A stretch of 64,000 nt of DNA from a virus. Lineage: Duplodnaviria > Caudoviricetes. The stretch is taken from positions 101,007-165,006 of IMG/VR virus record IMGVR_UViG_3300021431_000079. The stretch is one strand, 5' to 3'. Below, piece by piece: positions 17,110 to 26,846 of this stretch. The position numbers were made by a program, and so were the translations under genes. Position 1 is the stretch's first letter; every line of letters begins with the position of its first letter. The notes under the pieces were generated by a model. That model made no database searches, was not told the origin of the DNA, and saw only the letters and a program-made list of their open reading frames with translations.

Positions 17110-18933
17110 ATGAGAGTAGAAAATAATCAACCAAGAAACATAGCTATATATGCACGAGTATCTACAGAACATGAGGCACAACTATATGCTCTTGACAATC
17201 AAATAGACTGGTACGAAATCATACTACAGAGTCACCCCAATTGGAATATCATTCATAAATATATTGACAGGGGAATCACTGGAACATCTGCAACAAAAAG
17301 ACCACAATTCATGCAGATGATAAAAGATGCAGAGAGTAAAGAGTTTGATCTTATCATCACTCGTGAGGTTTCGAGGTTCGCAAGAAACACAGTTGACACA
17401 TTACAGTACACCAGACAATTGAAAAAGATCGGAATAGAAGTCTATTTCGTTGAGGATAACATCTGGACATTTGATGCAGATGGTGAGTTGAGACTAACTA
17501 TTATGGCAACTCTCGCTCAAGATGAGAGTAGAAAAACATCACTGAGAGTTAAAGCAGGACAAAGGGCAAGTATGGAGAAAGGTGTGTTCTTTCAGAACGG
17601 AAGCATACTTGGATACGATAAAATAGGTAACAACATGGTAATAAACCCAGAACAATCTGCTACTGTCAAATTGATATTTGATCGGTATAATTCAGGGATG
17701 GGTGTTCGTAAAATTCAATGGGAGCTTGAATCACTTGGCAGAAAAACAGCCAAAGGTAGCACAAAGTGGACTGCTTCTGTAATATGCAGAATCTTGAAGA
17801 ACAAATTCTATGCAGGATACATTGTGTGGTACAAGCAATTCGTTCCTGATTTTCTTGAACAGAAGAAGATCAATAACCACGGAGAGAAAGAGCAGTTTGA
17901 AGTTCTTGGAAGTCACGAGCCAATAGTATCTCTTGAAGATTGGGAGCTTGCTCAGAGAAGATTGGAGCAATCAAGTCAGATAGTCAACAAGGGTAGAAAG
18001 GTCGGTGCTAAACCTAAGACAGGGTTATGGACAAACAAGCTTAGATGTTCATGTGGTAGATCATTCAACAGAAAGATATGGCACAAGGATAAAAAAGATG
18101 GATCAATCCAATATGGATACCAATGTTACAGCAGTATAAAGTCTGGATCAGTTGCAACAAGAATAAATAAAGGCTTGCCACTTGATGGAATCTGTAAGAG
18201 TCCTGCGATCTCAGAGTGGAAGCTTGAAGCAATGGCACTATATATTTTCAAAGATTTTACCTTCAATAAAGATAGAATCATCCAACTTGGAATGCGTGAA
18301 ATAGAAAAAGCATTAAGGTCTGTTAATAATAATGATAACAAAGAACAAATAAATAGTCTAAAAAATGAGCTTGACAAATACAATAAAAAGATAGATAATC
18401 TAATCGAAATGCGCACAGATGGGGAGATCTCTAAAGAGCAATTCACCGCAAAGAAAAAGGACTTTGAAATCGAGATAAACAGAATAGAGAAAGAGATAGA
18501 ATCAATAAGTGATAAGCAGGATGCCATTAAAGATATCCCACAGTTATTGAGTGAGTTCAAAGCAAATTTAACAAGCATGTTGAACGAGCCTATTGTGGAT
18601 AAAGTGCCTGAGTATATTATTGATGCTATGGTTGAGTATATCTTGGTGGATGAGAATAAGTTCACTTGGAAGCTACGCTATCCATCTGATAAGTATTATT
18701 TATCTATTGATGGTAGTAAAAAACAGCATACAGTGTCAGAAAGTCCATCTTTACGTCAATGCCTCACAGGCTGCAATACACGAAATGCGGAACAAGCAGT
18801 AAACAATATCTCATTTACAAACGATTCTATCCTCATCTTATTTGATAAAAAGATGGTACAGCAATATGGCAATCTCAAACCAACAGATAGAATCCACAGA
18901 TGGTATGATATTGTGATCGAGATTATTTTTTAA
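17110..18933 (+). CDS. Large serine recombinase (integrase)
   Basis: YARVST catalytic motif, SRFARN, recombinase domain, Zn ribbon (CSCG...C...C) and coiled coil. Confidence 0.95.
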   Translation: MRVENNQPRNIAIYARVSTEHEAQLYALDNQIDWYEIILQSHPNWNIIHKYIDRGITGTSATKRPQFMQMIKDAESKEFDLIITREVSRFARNTVDTLQYTRQLKKIGIEVYFVEDNIWTFDADGELRLTIMATLAQDESRKTSLRVKAGQRASMEKGVFFQNGSILGYDKIGNNMVINPEQSATVKLIFDRYNSGMGVRKIQWELESLGRKTAKGSTKWTASVICRILKNKFYAGYIVWYKQFVPDFLEQKKINNHGEKEQFEVLGSHEPIVSLEDWELAQRRLEQSSQIVNKGRKVGAKPKTGLWTNKLRCSCGRSFNRKIWHKDKKDGSIQYGYQCYSSIKSGSVATRINKGLPLDGICKSPAISEWKLEAMALYIFKDFTFNKDRIIQLGMREIEKALRSVNNNDNKEQINSLKNELDKYNKKIDNLIEMRTDGEISKEQFTAKKKDFEIEINRIEKEIESISDKQDAIKDIPQLLSEFKANLTSMLNEPIVDKVPEYIIDAMVEYILVDENKFTWKLRYPSDKYYLSIDGSKKQHTVSESPSLRQCLTGCNTRNAEQAVNNISFTNDSILILFDKKMVQQYGNLKPTDRIHRWYDIVIEIIF

Positions 18934-18964
18934 GCTATTTAATTGCCTACAGTTAAAGGGCGAA

Positions 18965-19003
18965 AAAAGCCGCTTCTGAGAGTTTATCTCAAAAGCGGCT
19001 TTT
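18965..19003. terminator. Bidirectional terminator at the convergence of the two gene arms
   Basis: AAAAGCCGCTT...AAGCGGCTTTT. Confidence 0.8.
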
Positions 19004-19009
19004 ATTTAA

Positions 19010-20155
19010 TTACACTTTTCGAATATAATTCTTGTGAGCATATGCGATATGAAAATCAGTTCCATTTTCAATTCGAATTCTATCCCAATCTCCGACAGTT
19101 CCAATTACTCTGACATAGTTACCATTCCCAAGCTTAGGAAATGGAGTGTAGATATTATTCGCAGTCTGCTCAGGAGTCTTTCTTACATTTAAGTAAGCTC
19201 CTGCATCATGTACAACACCAACATAATCACCAGTGGTTGGCATGATATAACTTGCATTTACATATCCACTAAACCTTTCAGCAATTACAATCTTATACCA
19301 CATCCTGTTGTTCGGTGCAAACTCCTCACCAATAATTCTTACCATGTTTCCATTACCAAGACGAGGCCAATCAGCGAGAAGAGCAGAAGATGGATTCGGG
19401 GAAACTCTTACAGAAAGAGTATCACCGTTCACAAGTCTTACGACTTTACCTACCCACTGCTCATAACCCTTCTGAGGTTCAGGAGTTGGCTTCTTGTTGT
19501 TGTCAGAGAGAATATATGGAGCAGAAGAGTTAGAGAATATATAATCTCTGAATGTGTTCCAGAGTTCATTTCCAGTTCTTCCATAATACTTCATAACCAT
19601 ATCAGAGAAGAATGGGAGAGGACACCACTTATGATAATTAAGATCATCAAGCCTTGGGTCTACGCTTTTACCATAAACATCAGCGTGTCTAATAACTCTT
19701 TCCTTTGGAATATGATACTTCTCTACAAGATACTTGCCAAGCTCAATAGCATTGTTGATTGTACCCTGTTCAAAATAGCAATCATCCTCACGACCAGTGA
19801 GCTGAGAAGCAGTTTTACCAGACAGACATTTAGGACACATCTCAATGCTAATAGAGTTTGAATTTCTGCACTCGGTGATATACACAGAGTTCTTCCATTT
19901 ACCGACAGATCCCGCAATGTCCTTTTCTCTTGTTGACATCACAATTTCATTTTCATCTACAAAATAATGAGCGCCAACATGACCAGTGTTTCCACTACGA
20001 TAATAGTCTGCATTCGCAACAGCAGTAGCACCCTTAGATGTGTTTGCAGTCCAGTGATAAACCAGATACCTGATCTCACCACTCTCTGGTGTTCTATTGG
20101 CAGGAGTGTAATTATTGATATTGTTATTTACATAATTCATATTAATTGCTACCAT
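19010..20155 (-). CDS. Endolysin: Amidase_2 N-acetylmuramoyl-L-alanine amidase with SH3b-like domains
   Basis: YHWTA, AHYFVD, SISIEMC, RHAD and KWCP motifs; two C-terminal L.VR..P...LGNG repeats. Confidence 0.9.
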   Translation of the reverse strand: MVAINMNYVNNNINNYTPANRTPESGEIRYLVYHWTANTSKGATAVANADYYRSGNTGHVGAHYFVDENEIVMSTREKDIAGSVGKWKNSVYITECRNSNSISIEMCPKCLSGKTASQLTGREDDCYFEQGTINNAIELGKYLVEKYHIPKERVIRHADVYGKSVDPRLDDLNYHKWCPLPFFSDMVMKYYGRTGNELWNTFRDYIFSNSSAPYILSDNNKKPTPEPQKGYEQWVGKVVRLVNGDTLSVRVSPNPSSALLADWPRLGNGNMVRIIGEEFAPNNRMWYKIVIAERFSGYVNASYIMPTTGDYVGVVHDAGAYLNVRKTPEQTANNIYTPFPKLGNGNYVRVIGTVGDWDRIRIENGTDFHIAYAHKNYIRKV

Positions 20156-20227
20156 TTCATACCTCCTTATAAAATAAAAAAGCAGTGCTATAAAATAGCA
20201 CTGCCATGTTATAAATATTAGTAGTTG

Positions 20228-20728
20228 TTATTGTTGTTCTTCTGTTTGTTCTTCTGGTTTAGCCCCAATCAGATTATCTATAGCTTCTTTAACTGCAATG
20301 AACTTTGTAAATTCATCAAATGAAACTTTTGAGATTCCTATCTTAGAGATATCATCCCTGATAGAAGATAGTCGCTCAAGTATCTGTGGTATACTGACTT
20401 CTGTATTTGTTTCTGAGTAAATGAGAGTTTGCTTCGGTACTCGATTAAGTTCTTCCTCTGACATATTCGCTACAATATCAGCAACTCTTTGAGCTTCTTG
20501 TTCACCTGCTTCAGTTAGACAATTATTCTTATCTTCATCAAGAGCAATAAAACCAAGTAACTTTTTGTTGTAAATAAATTGCGCTATCTTTTGTGTGGCT
20601 ACTTCTCGTTGTAATTTTTGCTGTGTGAGCTTTCTCAGATCTCTTGTGTTTAAGTGTTGTTCCAAAAGAAGCTGATAAACAGCATTCGCAAAAACCACAT
20701 CACCAGTTCTCCCATTTACATTGTACAT
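20228..20728 (-). CDS. Hypothetical protein
   Basis: ORF on the late strand. Confidence 0.55.
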   Translation of the reverse strand: MYNVNGRTGDVVFANAVYQLLLEQHLNTRDLRKLTQQKLQREVATQKIAQFIYNKKLLGFIALDEDKNNCLTEAGEQEAQRVADIVANMSEEELNRVPKQTLIYSETNTEVSIPQILERLSSIRDDISKIGISKVSFDEFTKFIAVKEAIDNLIGAKPEEQTEEQQ

Positions 20729-20867
20729 ATTTATATACCACCCTTCTAATAAATACATCGCAATTCATGCACATATGTATAAATGTATATTAAGTTATGA
20801 AAGATGGTTTGTCAAGTTTAAAAAGCATCAAAATGTTCACTTTTAATATTAATTAGAAATATTATTT

Positions 20868-21278
20868 TTATTTATTGACAGATAGTTTATTCTCTCGTAC
20901 TGAAGCCTCGATCACAGAATCAATCCAAGCATTGAAGTCACCATATAATATAGATACAGCCTGTTTAGCTTCAGATGTAATCAGCGCAACAGCTTTATCA
21001 AGAGCCATTTGTTTTGCTGTTACCTGAGCTTCTTTATCAAATTTGCCTGCGCTTTTGAGACTATCAACATATGTCTGACAAACATCAAGAACACAATTGT
21101 TTACAACATCAGTAGCATAATAAACATAGTCACGAAGTTTAGCATCTTCGATTTTCTCAGTTGCCGTAGCTATTACTGTGGTAATATACTTTATAATATA
21201 CCTTACAAGTATCGGCATAATAATTGTTAAACAAACATACAAAACATTCAAAAGCATTTCATTCCATTCAAATTTCAT
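20868..21278 (-). CDS. Holin (LL-H-like)
   Basis: One N-terminal TM helix; C-terminal IEASV motif; in the lysis cluster. Confidence 0.75.
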   Translation of the reverse strand: MKFEWNEMLLNVLYVCLTIIMPILVRYIIKYITTVIATATEKIEDAKLRDYVYYATDVVNNCVLDVCQTYVDSLKSAGKFDKEAQVTAKQMALDKAVALITSEAKQAVSILYGDFNAWIDSVIEASVRENKLSVNK

Positions 21279-21282
21279 CTCT

Positions 21283-21675
21283 TTATCCCTCTCCACCAAT
21301 GTCATTTATTGTATTATCAACATCAAACTTAACATTATCTAATGATACATCAGACTCACACAAAGCACTTGACGTTACATCTTCCATGTAATTAATCTGT
21401 TCAATTTCAAGTTGCTTCATTGCAGTGTCATAAGTAATACCGCCCTTTATATTTTGTGATCGAGCTTTCCAGTAGTATCCAAGAATAATAGGCACTAATG
21501 TAACAGGAACACCAACAAGAGTATAAAGAGCATTACTATCACGCAGGATCAAAACAACTACTTGAGTATATATAAGTATCTCAATACAAATAATAAATAC
21601 AATCCAAAGAACTAATTTACTTGTCTCAAGTTTTTTCTTTGGCTGTTTGTTTTCTGTTTCTTTCTTTCCAAACAT
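21283..21675 (-). CDS. Two-TM holin-like protein
   Basis: Two TM helices followed by YYWKA. Confidence 0.6.
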   Translation of the reverse strand: MFGKKETENKQPKKKLETSKLVLWIVFIICIEILIYTQVVVLILRDSNALYTLVGVPVTLVPIILGYYWKARSQNIKGGITYDTAMKQLEIEQINYMEDVTSSALCESDVSLDNVKFDVDNTINDIGGEG

Positions 21676-21677
21676 AA

Positions 21678-22472
21678 TTATATCCTCTCCGTGAAATCCA
21701 GTGATATCCAACCATTACGTTTATCTGAATATGCTTTGAGCAGTCCCCATCCTTTATTAGAACCAAGACCATAACACTCTTCAACGATAGTATATGATCC
21801 CTTTGGAATTGGATTTTCGTAATTCACATAGTTCGTTCCATGTCCCTTACGAATATTCAGATCGTCAATGTTCACACGCACCATATAATTCACACGCTTA
21901 CCTTCATACACACAAGTAAGAGATGGGAGAGCAGAGATATATACACCAGACTTTAATTTCCAGAATTTTCCATCTTGCGTTTTTTCTGCAACAGTATATT
22001 CACCACCCTTAAAAACAACACCGACAATGTTATCTTTAATCTCTGGTGTACTTCTTACGTTTACACCATCAGCACCATCGTATACAACAGTAAGTCTCAG
22101 TTCATGATTCCTCGGAATGCCAAAATAAAAAGAACCCCAAGGTTCTTTCCCATCTTTACCAAGATAAATATAATTGTCAGGAATCGGGCAAATACCAGAC
22201 TTAATCTTTGTCCAATCAGGATTACCATTTCCATCAGAGTATTTCTTGAAGCTTCTAAACTGTAATAACTGATACTCTGGGAATCTATGAACACCATCCA
22301 TAGCCATTTCTGCGGCCTTAATACTATCAGCAGAAGTGTAATTGACAGGAGTTGTAAAAGCACTTGCGTTAAAATTATTATCTACAATACATTGTCCAAC
22401 AGCAAGCTTTCCCATGAAATCTAATACACCTGCTTCAGCCTCTATAATCTGAGCCATTTCATTTATTGTCAT
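21678..22472 (-). CDS. Cell-wall hydrolase (SleB/Hydrolase_2-like) with SH3-like domains
   Basis: MAQIIEAEAG...LAVG N-terminus; LNIRKG.G and GWISL SH3 signatures. Confidence 0.65.
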   Translation of the reverse strand: MTINEMAQIIEAEAGVLDFMGKLAVGQCIVDNNFNASAFTTPVNYTSADSIKAAEMAMDGVHRFPEYQLLQFRSFKKYSDGNGNPDWTKIKSGICPIPDNYIYLGKDGKEPWGSFYFGIPRNHELRLTVVYDGADGVNVRSTPEIKDNIVGVVFKGGEYTVAEKTQDGKFWKLKSGVYISALPSLTCVYEGKRVNYMVRVNIDDLNIRKGHGTNYVNYENPIPKGSYTIVEECYGLGSNKGWGLLKAYSDKRNGWISLDFTERI

Positions 22473-22496
22473 TTTAACATCACCTCCAAGAAATGT

Positions 22497-24584
22497 TTAA
22501 TAACCTCTCACTGTATTAAATTCAATAAATCCAGATAATCCATTTAGTGGTATTGCAGAATTACTTGCATTACTTAAAATAATATTCACACCCAACTCAG
22601 TTACACCGCTTGAATCAACAGTGATAGCGTTAGAAGATTGAGTTGTAGTACCATTAACTGTTTTATAACTTGTTACGCCAGATACATATAATCCAGAGTT
22701 TGTTGGGCTATTTAAAGATACCGATATAGAATGTGTTCTTCCTGTGAGATCACTAATATCTGAACTACTTAAAACATAGGTATAGATATAGCTTCCATTT
22801 GCCGCAATACTATCCGTAATTGTTGTATCAGATGGAATAGTAACAACTGTTTTTCTTGGAATAACATATTTTGTATCTGTAACAGATACAGCCCACTGTT
22901 CTTCATCGTTGGCATCAGTATAACAGCTTATTGTTAATACACTTGCAACAAAATTATATGCGCTATTATATTTTACGGATATGTATCTGGTCGCACTAAT
23001 TCCACCAGAAACATTATTATATGGTAAATATACAGTTGATTCTCCTGCATACATCGGACTCTCAAGTACAACATATTGTGGATAATATTTAAACTTACCA
23101 ATTTTGTTTTTAATATTTTCAAGATCACCTATTGTATAAGTTGTAGTTCCACCATAACTTACTTTACTTATCTTAATAGCTAATACGTTGGACGATGTAG
23201 ATGATGATGAAAGTAATACGCCTAACTGTATGGCACTCATGGTTACTTGATCTGATGTACCATAACCAAGTGTAAGACCACCAGATAAGTATTCATTACC
23301 GCCCCAATCTAACATTCTCGCATTAGAGCGACTTGTATTTGCTGTACCATTTCCAACCATTTCAACATAAGTACCACGAGCACTCGCTGATGATACACTA
23401 CTATTTAAGTCGTTATTATATTCGCCAAAAACACGAGCGGATCTTCCAGACGCAATTGTTCCTTGTCCCTCGGCATGAGACATATTACCAGATGCATTTG
23501 TATTATAACCTTCAGCGTGAGAATTTAAACCAGACGCTGTATTATAGTTTCCTTCAGCATGAGAATTCGCGCCAGACGCAGTAACATTAGACCCTTCAGC
23601 ATGAGAAAAAACACCAGACGCTGTATTATATAATATATTGTTTGTTATTAGTCCATAGTCACCAGTTCCTTTTGCAATTCTATCTGAAAAATCATCTATA
23701 CCAAGCATTGTCTTAATAGCAGACTTCGCATCATTAGTATATGTTCCTATAGTATTACTTGATTGTGACTGGGTGGTGTCTCCTGCAGCTTTAGCAAGAC
23801 CATAAAAAGCAGACTCATGTTGATGTGATGGGACAATTGATTTATTGCCCTCTGTTCCAGTTTTAATCTCACCCGATGAAGCAACACTTTGTGATACCAC
23901 ACCATTACTAACGGATAAACCAGAGCCAACTTTCAGAATTCCAAAATTATTTTGTGTTGCATAATCTGTATTTTTTACATAGTTACTCAGATCAATAGAA
24001 TCTTCCACATCAGAAACAATCTCAGATTTATCTGTTGCAGTCCAATAATCAACACCTTTTACTGGTGTATAACCGTTCTGTCCGTTACTTCCTGCATCAC
24101 CCTTATCACCCTTAGCCCCAGTATCTCCCTTGTCTCCTTTATCGCCCTTATCTCCTTTATCACCCTTCACGCCTTGAATGCCCTGAATACCTTGTGCTCC
24201 CGTATCACCCTTATCACCTTTGTCGCCTTTTGCACCTTGAGCACCCTGAGCGCCATCTTGTCCGTTTTCACCATCTTTACCATCATTTATTGTTGCAATT
24301 GCTACGCTGTCAACATAAACAGTTGTTACACCATTGCTTTTACTTGCTGTAATAACTGGTGTATAACCATCAGCACCTTTAAGAGGTTGGGTATCATAAC
24401 TTGAACCATCGGCAAGAGTTATTGTTAATGTGCCATCTTGGTTCTGCGAGATATTTGTAATCCCCATACCCGGAGAACCCTCTTTACCATCTTTACCTCT
24501 TTCTCCGGGTTCTCCCTTTTCTCCTCGTGCTATAATTAATTTAGTAACAATGTTATTGTCAAAATCATAATTTATATTATTCAT
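22497..24584 (-). CDS. Tail fibre/adhesin with collagen-like and ASG-SHAEG repeats
   Basis: Gly-X-Y runs (GDKGDK); tandem ASGxxSHAEG beta-roll repeats. Confidence 0.8.
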   Translation of the reverse strand: MNNINYDFDNNIVTKLIIARGEKGEPGERGKDGKEGSPGMGITNISQNQDGTLTITLADGSSYDTQPLKGADGYTPVITASKSNGVTTVYVDSVAIATINDGKDGENGQDGAQGAQGAKGDKGDKGDTGAQGIQGIQGVKGDKGDKGDKGDKGDTGAKGDKGDAGSNGQNGYTPVKGVDYWTATDKSEIVSDVEDSIDLSNYVKNTDYATQNNFGILKVGSGLSVSNGVVSQSVASSGEIKTGTEGNKSIVPSHQHESAFYGLAKAAGDTTQSQSSNTIGTYTNDAKSAIKTMLGIDDFSDRIAKGTGDYGLITNNILYNTASGVFSHAEGSNVTASGANSHAEGNYNTASGLNSHAEGYNTNASGNMSHAEGQGTIASGRSARVFGEYNNDLNSSVSSASARGTYVEMVGNGTANTSRSNARMLDWGGNEYLSGGLTLGYGTSDQVTMSAIQLGVLLSSSSTSSNVLAIKISKVSYGGTTTYTIGDLENIKNKIGKFKYYPQYVVLESPMYAGESTVYLPYNNVSGGISATRYISVKYNSAYNFVASVLTISCYTDANDEEQWAVSVTDTKYVIPRKTVVTIPSDTTITDSIAANGSYIYTYVLSSSDISDLTGRTHSISVSLNSPTNSGLYVSGVTSYKTVNGTTTQSSNAITVDSSGVTELGVNIILSNASNSAIPLNGLSGFIEFNTVRGY

Positions 24585-24650
24585 AATTATATTCTCCAAT
24601 CATTATCTTGCACATAAAGAATATAATATATTATAACATTAACATATTTA

Positions 24651-25640
24651 TTATGAGCAATATCTATAATAAGCGTTTTTAACGTTATCCTTTTCGATGT
24701 AAACATATTTCATTGTGGTGTCAATTTTGTCGTGACCCAAAATATAAGCCACATCCTGAATCGACATACCACGCTTAATTAAATTCGTTGCAAGTGTTCT
24801 TCTAAATCTATGCGGATGAACATTCACAACACCAACTTTTTCAGATAACTTTGTCAACATAAATCTAACTCCATGCTGAGTTAGTCTTTCTGATCTCTTA
24901 CCAATTCCAGAGAAGAGAGCTTCGCTATCATCCGTTCTACTTTCAAAATACTGCTTGAGATACATAGCCGTGATATCATCTATGTAAACAGTACGCTCCT
25001 TATTCCCTTTACCAAGTACACGCACTTCAAGATTCTTGAAATCAACATCGCTTTTATTTAATCTTGTCACTTCACCGATTCTACATCCAGTAGAAATAAG
25101 AAAACAGACAAGCGCCTTATCTCTGATATTAATACAACCTTCTTTTAATTTCTCTATTTCAACACTGTCAAAAGGTAGTCTTTCTAACTTAGCATACTTA
25201 ATCCTACTTAGATTAATGCATGGATCAGTAGGGATAAGATTTTCTCTAAATAACCATCCGAAAAACGAGCACATGACACTTCTATATCCATTCAACGTTC
25301 TATCAGATATTCCACGACTTTTTAATCCTGCTAAATAGTTTCTAATGTGATATACACTTATATCTCTGGTTGGAACATTGATCTTTTCATACATCTTCTC
25401 AAGCACATAACGATAATGCCCCAATGTCTTTGAAGAACAACCTTCAATCTGCTTAGAGGAGATAAATGCATCCAATAAGTCTGCGCTATCATCATTTTTA
25501 ATTTCATCAATATTAACAGAACAGACAGAGAGATTATTCGCAACAACTTCCATCACCATAAACAGATCATCATATGACAACTTCGATATAAGATCGTTTT
25601 TAATATTTTTAATTAAAACCTGCTTATCAGCAATTGACAT
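24651..25640 (-). CDS. Tyrosine recombinase (XerC/D-like, with N-terminal SAM-like domain)
   Basis: TGCRIGE (R), GKGNKER (K), HRFRR (HxxR), LGH...TTMKY (H, Y); catalytic set intact. Confidence 0.95.
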   Translation of the reverse strand: MSIADKQVLIKNIKNDLISKLSYDDLFMVMEVVANNLSVCSVNIDEIKNDDSADLLDAFISSKQIEGCSSKTLGHYRYVLEKMYEKINVPTRDISVYHIRNYLAGLKSRGISDRTLNGYRSVMCSFFGWLFRENLIPTDPCINLSRIKYAKLERLPFDSVEIEKLKEGCINIRDKALVCFLISTGCRIGEVTRLNKSDVDFKNLEVRVLGKGNKERTVYIDDITAMYLKQYFESRTDDSEALFSGIGKRSERLTQHGVRFMLTKLSEKVGVVNVHPHRFRRTLATNLIKRGMSIQDVAYILGHDKIDTTMKYVYIEKDNVKNAYYRYCS

Positions 25641-25686
25641 AGCATATACCTCACAATAACACACAAGCAACTATAATGTTATAGCA

Positions 25687-25715
25687 ATTATAACATGAGA
25701 CAATATAAATGTCAA
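25687..25715 (-). promoter_or_regulatory. Consensus SigA promoter of the tyrosine recombinase
   Basis: Minus strand TTGACA-17nt-TATAAT with TG extension. Confidence 0.8.
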
Positions 25716-25761
25716 TTTAAATATAATGTAAGATATAAATAATAGCTAATAAAACAGTCAA

Positions 25762-25798
25762 AAATAGCCCCGCTCTATAATATAGAACAGGGCTATTT
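25762..25798. terminator. Terminator between the cassette array and the recombinase
   Basis: AAATAGCCC...GGGCTATTT hairpin. Confidence 0.7.
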
Positions 25799-25889
25799 AT
25801 TATTATATCGTATTCAGTTTTTATTCAATTTTTATTCGGTTTTTTATTTTAAGTACATTGTGTTGTGATGCGAAAAAGGCCGTTCATAT

Positions 25890-25908
25890 TACTTACCAAA
25901 AGCGTCCT
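25890..25908 (-). repeat. 19-bp direct repeat copy 1 / putative recombination site
   Basis: TACTTACCAAAAGCGTCCT, identical to 26819-26837. Confidence 0.9.
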
Positions 25909-25922
25909 ACTAATGTTAGGTA

Positions 25923-26141
25923 TTATACACTATTAGTATCTACTGTCCTCTCCCGATGGAGATGCTCTTTGAACATTCGACAGTCACTTTGCAGGCAAGC
26001 TTTCTCGAACGGAGAGTCACAAGATGCAGAACCGTCAGAATTGTAATAAATGTGCTTACAATTGTCGCACGTTTCTATTCTGTGTTCTTTCCCGTGTTTC
26101 CGCTTACGTCTTTCCAACAGCCATCTTGTCACGATACTCAT
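25923..26141 (-). CDS. Cassette Cys-rich small protein (72 aa)
   Basis: Start lies within site TAAAAGGAGCGCTAATG; CDNCKH...C...C...C. Confidence 0.6.
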   Translation of the reverse strand: MSIVTRWLLERRKRKHGKEHRIETCDNCKHIYYNSDGSASCDSPFEKACLQSDCRMFKEHLHRERTVDTNSV

Positions 26142-26276
26142 TAGCGCTCCTTTTACAATTTGCGGCATAGCAGAATCGAACTGTCTATTATACGGTGTCA
26201 CGCACTCGCTCTCTACCCTTGAGATAATGCCGCAGATTGTTTATGGTGTTTTAACATAAAGCCATAATAAACAGAT

Positions 26277-26450
26277 TTATACACTCATGTTATTTACTTT
26301 CGGTTTATAAAAATCACACCTTTCAGTAGAATAGTCATAGATATCATTATCTGTAAGCGCATATTCACTGAGACAATCCCTCGATTGAGGATAGCACTTC
26401 TTTTCATCTACATTACAATGTTTACATTCTATACACCTATATTTCTGCAT
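26277..26450 (-). CDS. Cassette Cys-rich 57-aa protein, paralog of 16067-16243
   Basis: GAGG RBS; MQKYRCIECKHCNVDEKKCYPQSRDC... Confidence 0.7.
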   Translation of the reverse strand: MQKYRCIECKHCNVDEKKCYPQSRDCLSEYALTDNDIYDYSTERCDFYKPKVNNMSV

Positions 26451-26587
26451 AAATAATCCTCATTTGCGTTCTATTATATGTAGGTATATTACACCATTGA
26501 TATATACATTCCTCTCCTGATACCGACTGTCCTACATTGACAACAGAGTGCCTACTTTGGTACACTAATGTCGAGGAGGTGATACGG

Positions 26588-26773
26588 ATGGGTATCAATG
26601 GAGGCCGTAACATCCGGGGAGTTGAAGAGGAGGGTGGATATACCAAATTCAACATCACTCTCCCTCCGTCCCTGATCGAGCGTCTGGATAAGTACATGAG
26701 GGAAGAAGAACGCAACCGCTCATGGACAATCCAAAAGGCACTCGATGCTTACCTAAGAGAGAAGGGCTATTAA
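26588..26773 (+). CDS. Ribbon-helix-helix (CopG-like) regulator
   Basis: KFNITLPPSLIERLDKY...RSWTIQKAL; GAGGAGG RBS; candidate promoter TTGACA..TACACT upstream (about 26538-26567). Confidence 0.85.
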   Translation: MGINGGRNIRGVEEEGGYTKFNITLPPSLIERLDKYMREEERNRSWTIQKALDAYLREKGY

Positions 26774-26818
26774 GCCCCTCTCTTTTTGTCTCCCCTGATA
26801 ACCACCAGTAGTTATTGA

Positions 26819-26846
26819 TACTTACCAAAAGCGTCCTTTAAGTTAG
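26819..26846 (-). repeat. 19-bp direct repeat copy 2 / putative recombination site abutting the fibre stop codon
   Basis: Minus strand TAA-CTTAAAGGACGCTTTTGGTAAGTA. Confidence 0.9.

Noticed and set aside
24090-24280. Tandem DNA repeats
   Set aside because: Explained by collagen-like Gly-X-Y coding.
26437-26715. 92-aa minus-strand ORF
   Set aside because: Antisense to the RHH gene, which has the RBS, candidate promoter and recognisable fold.
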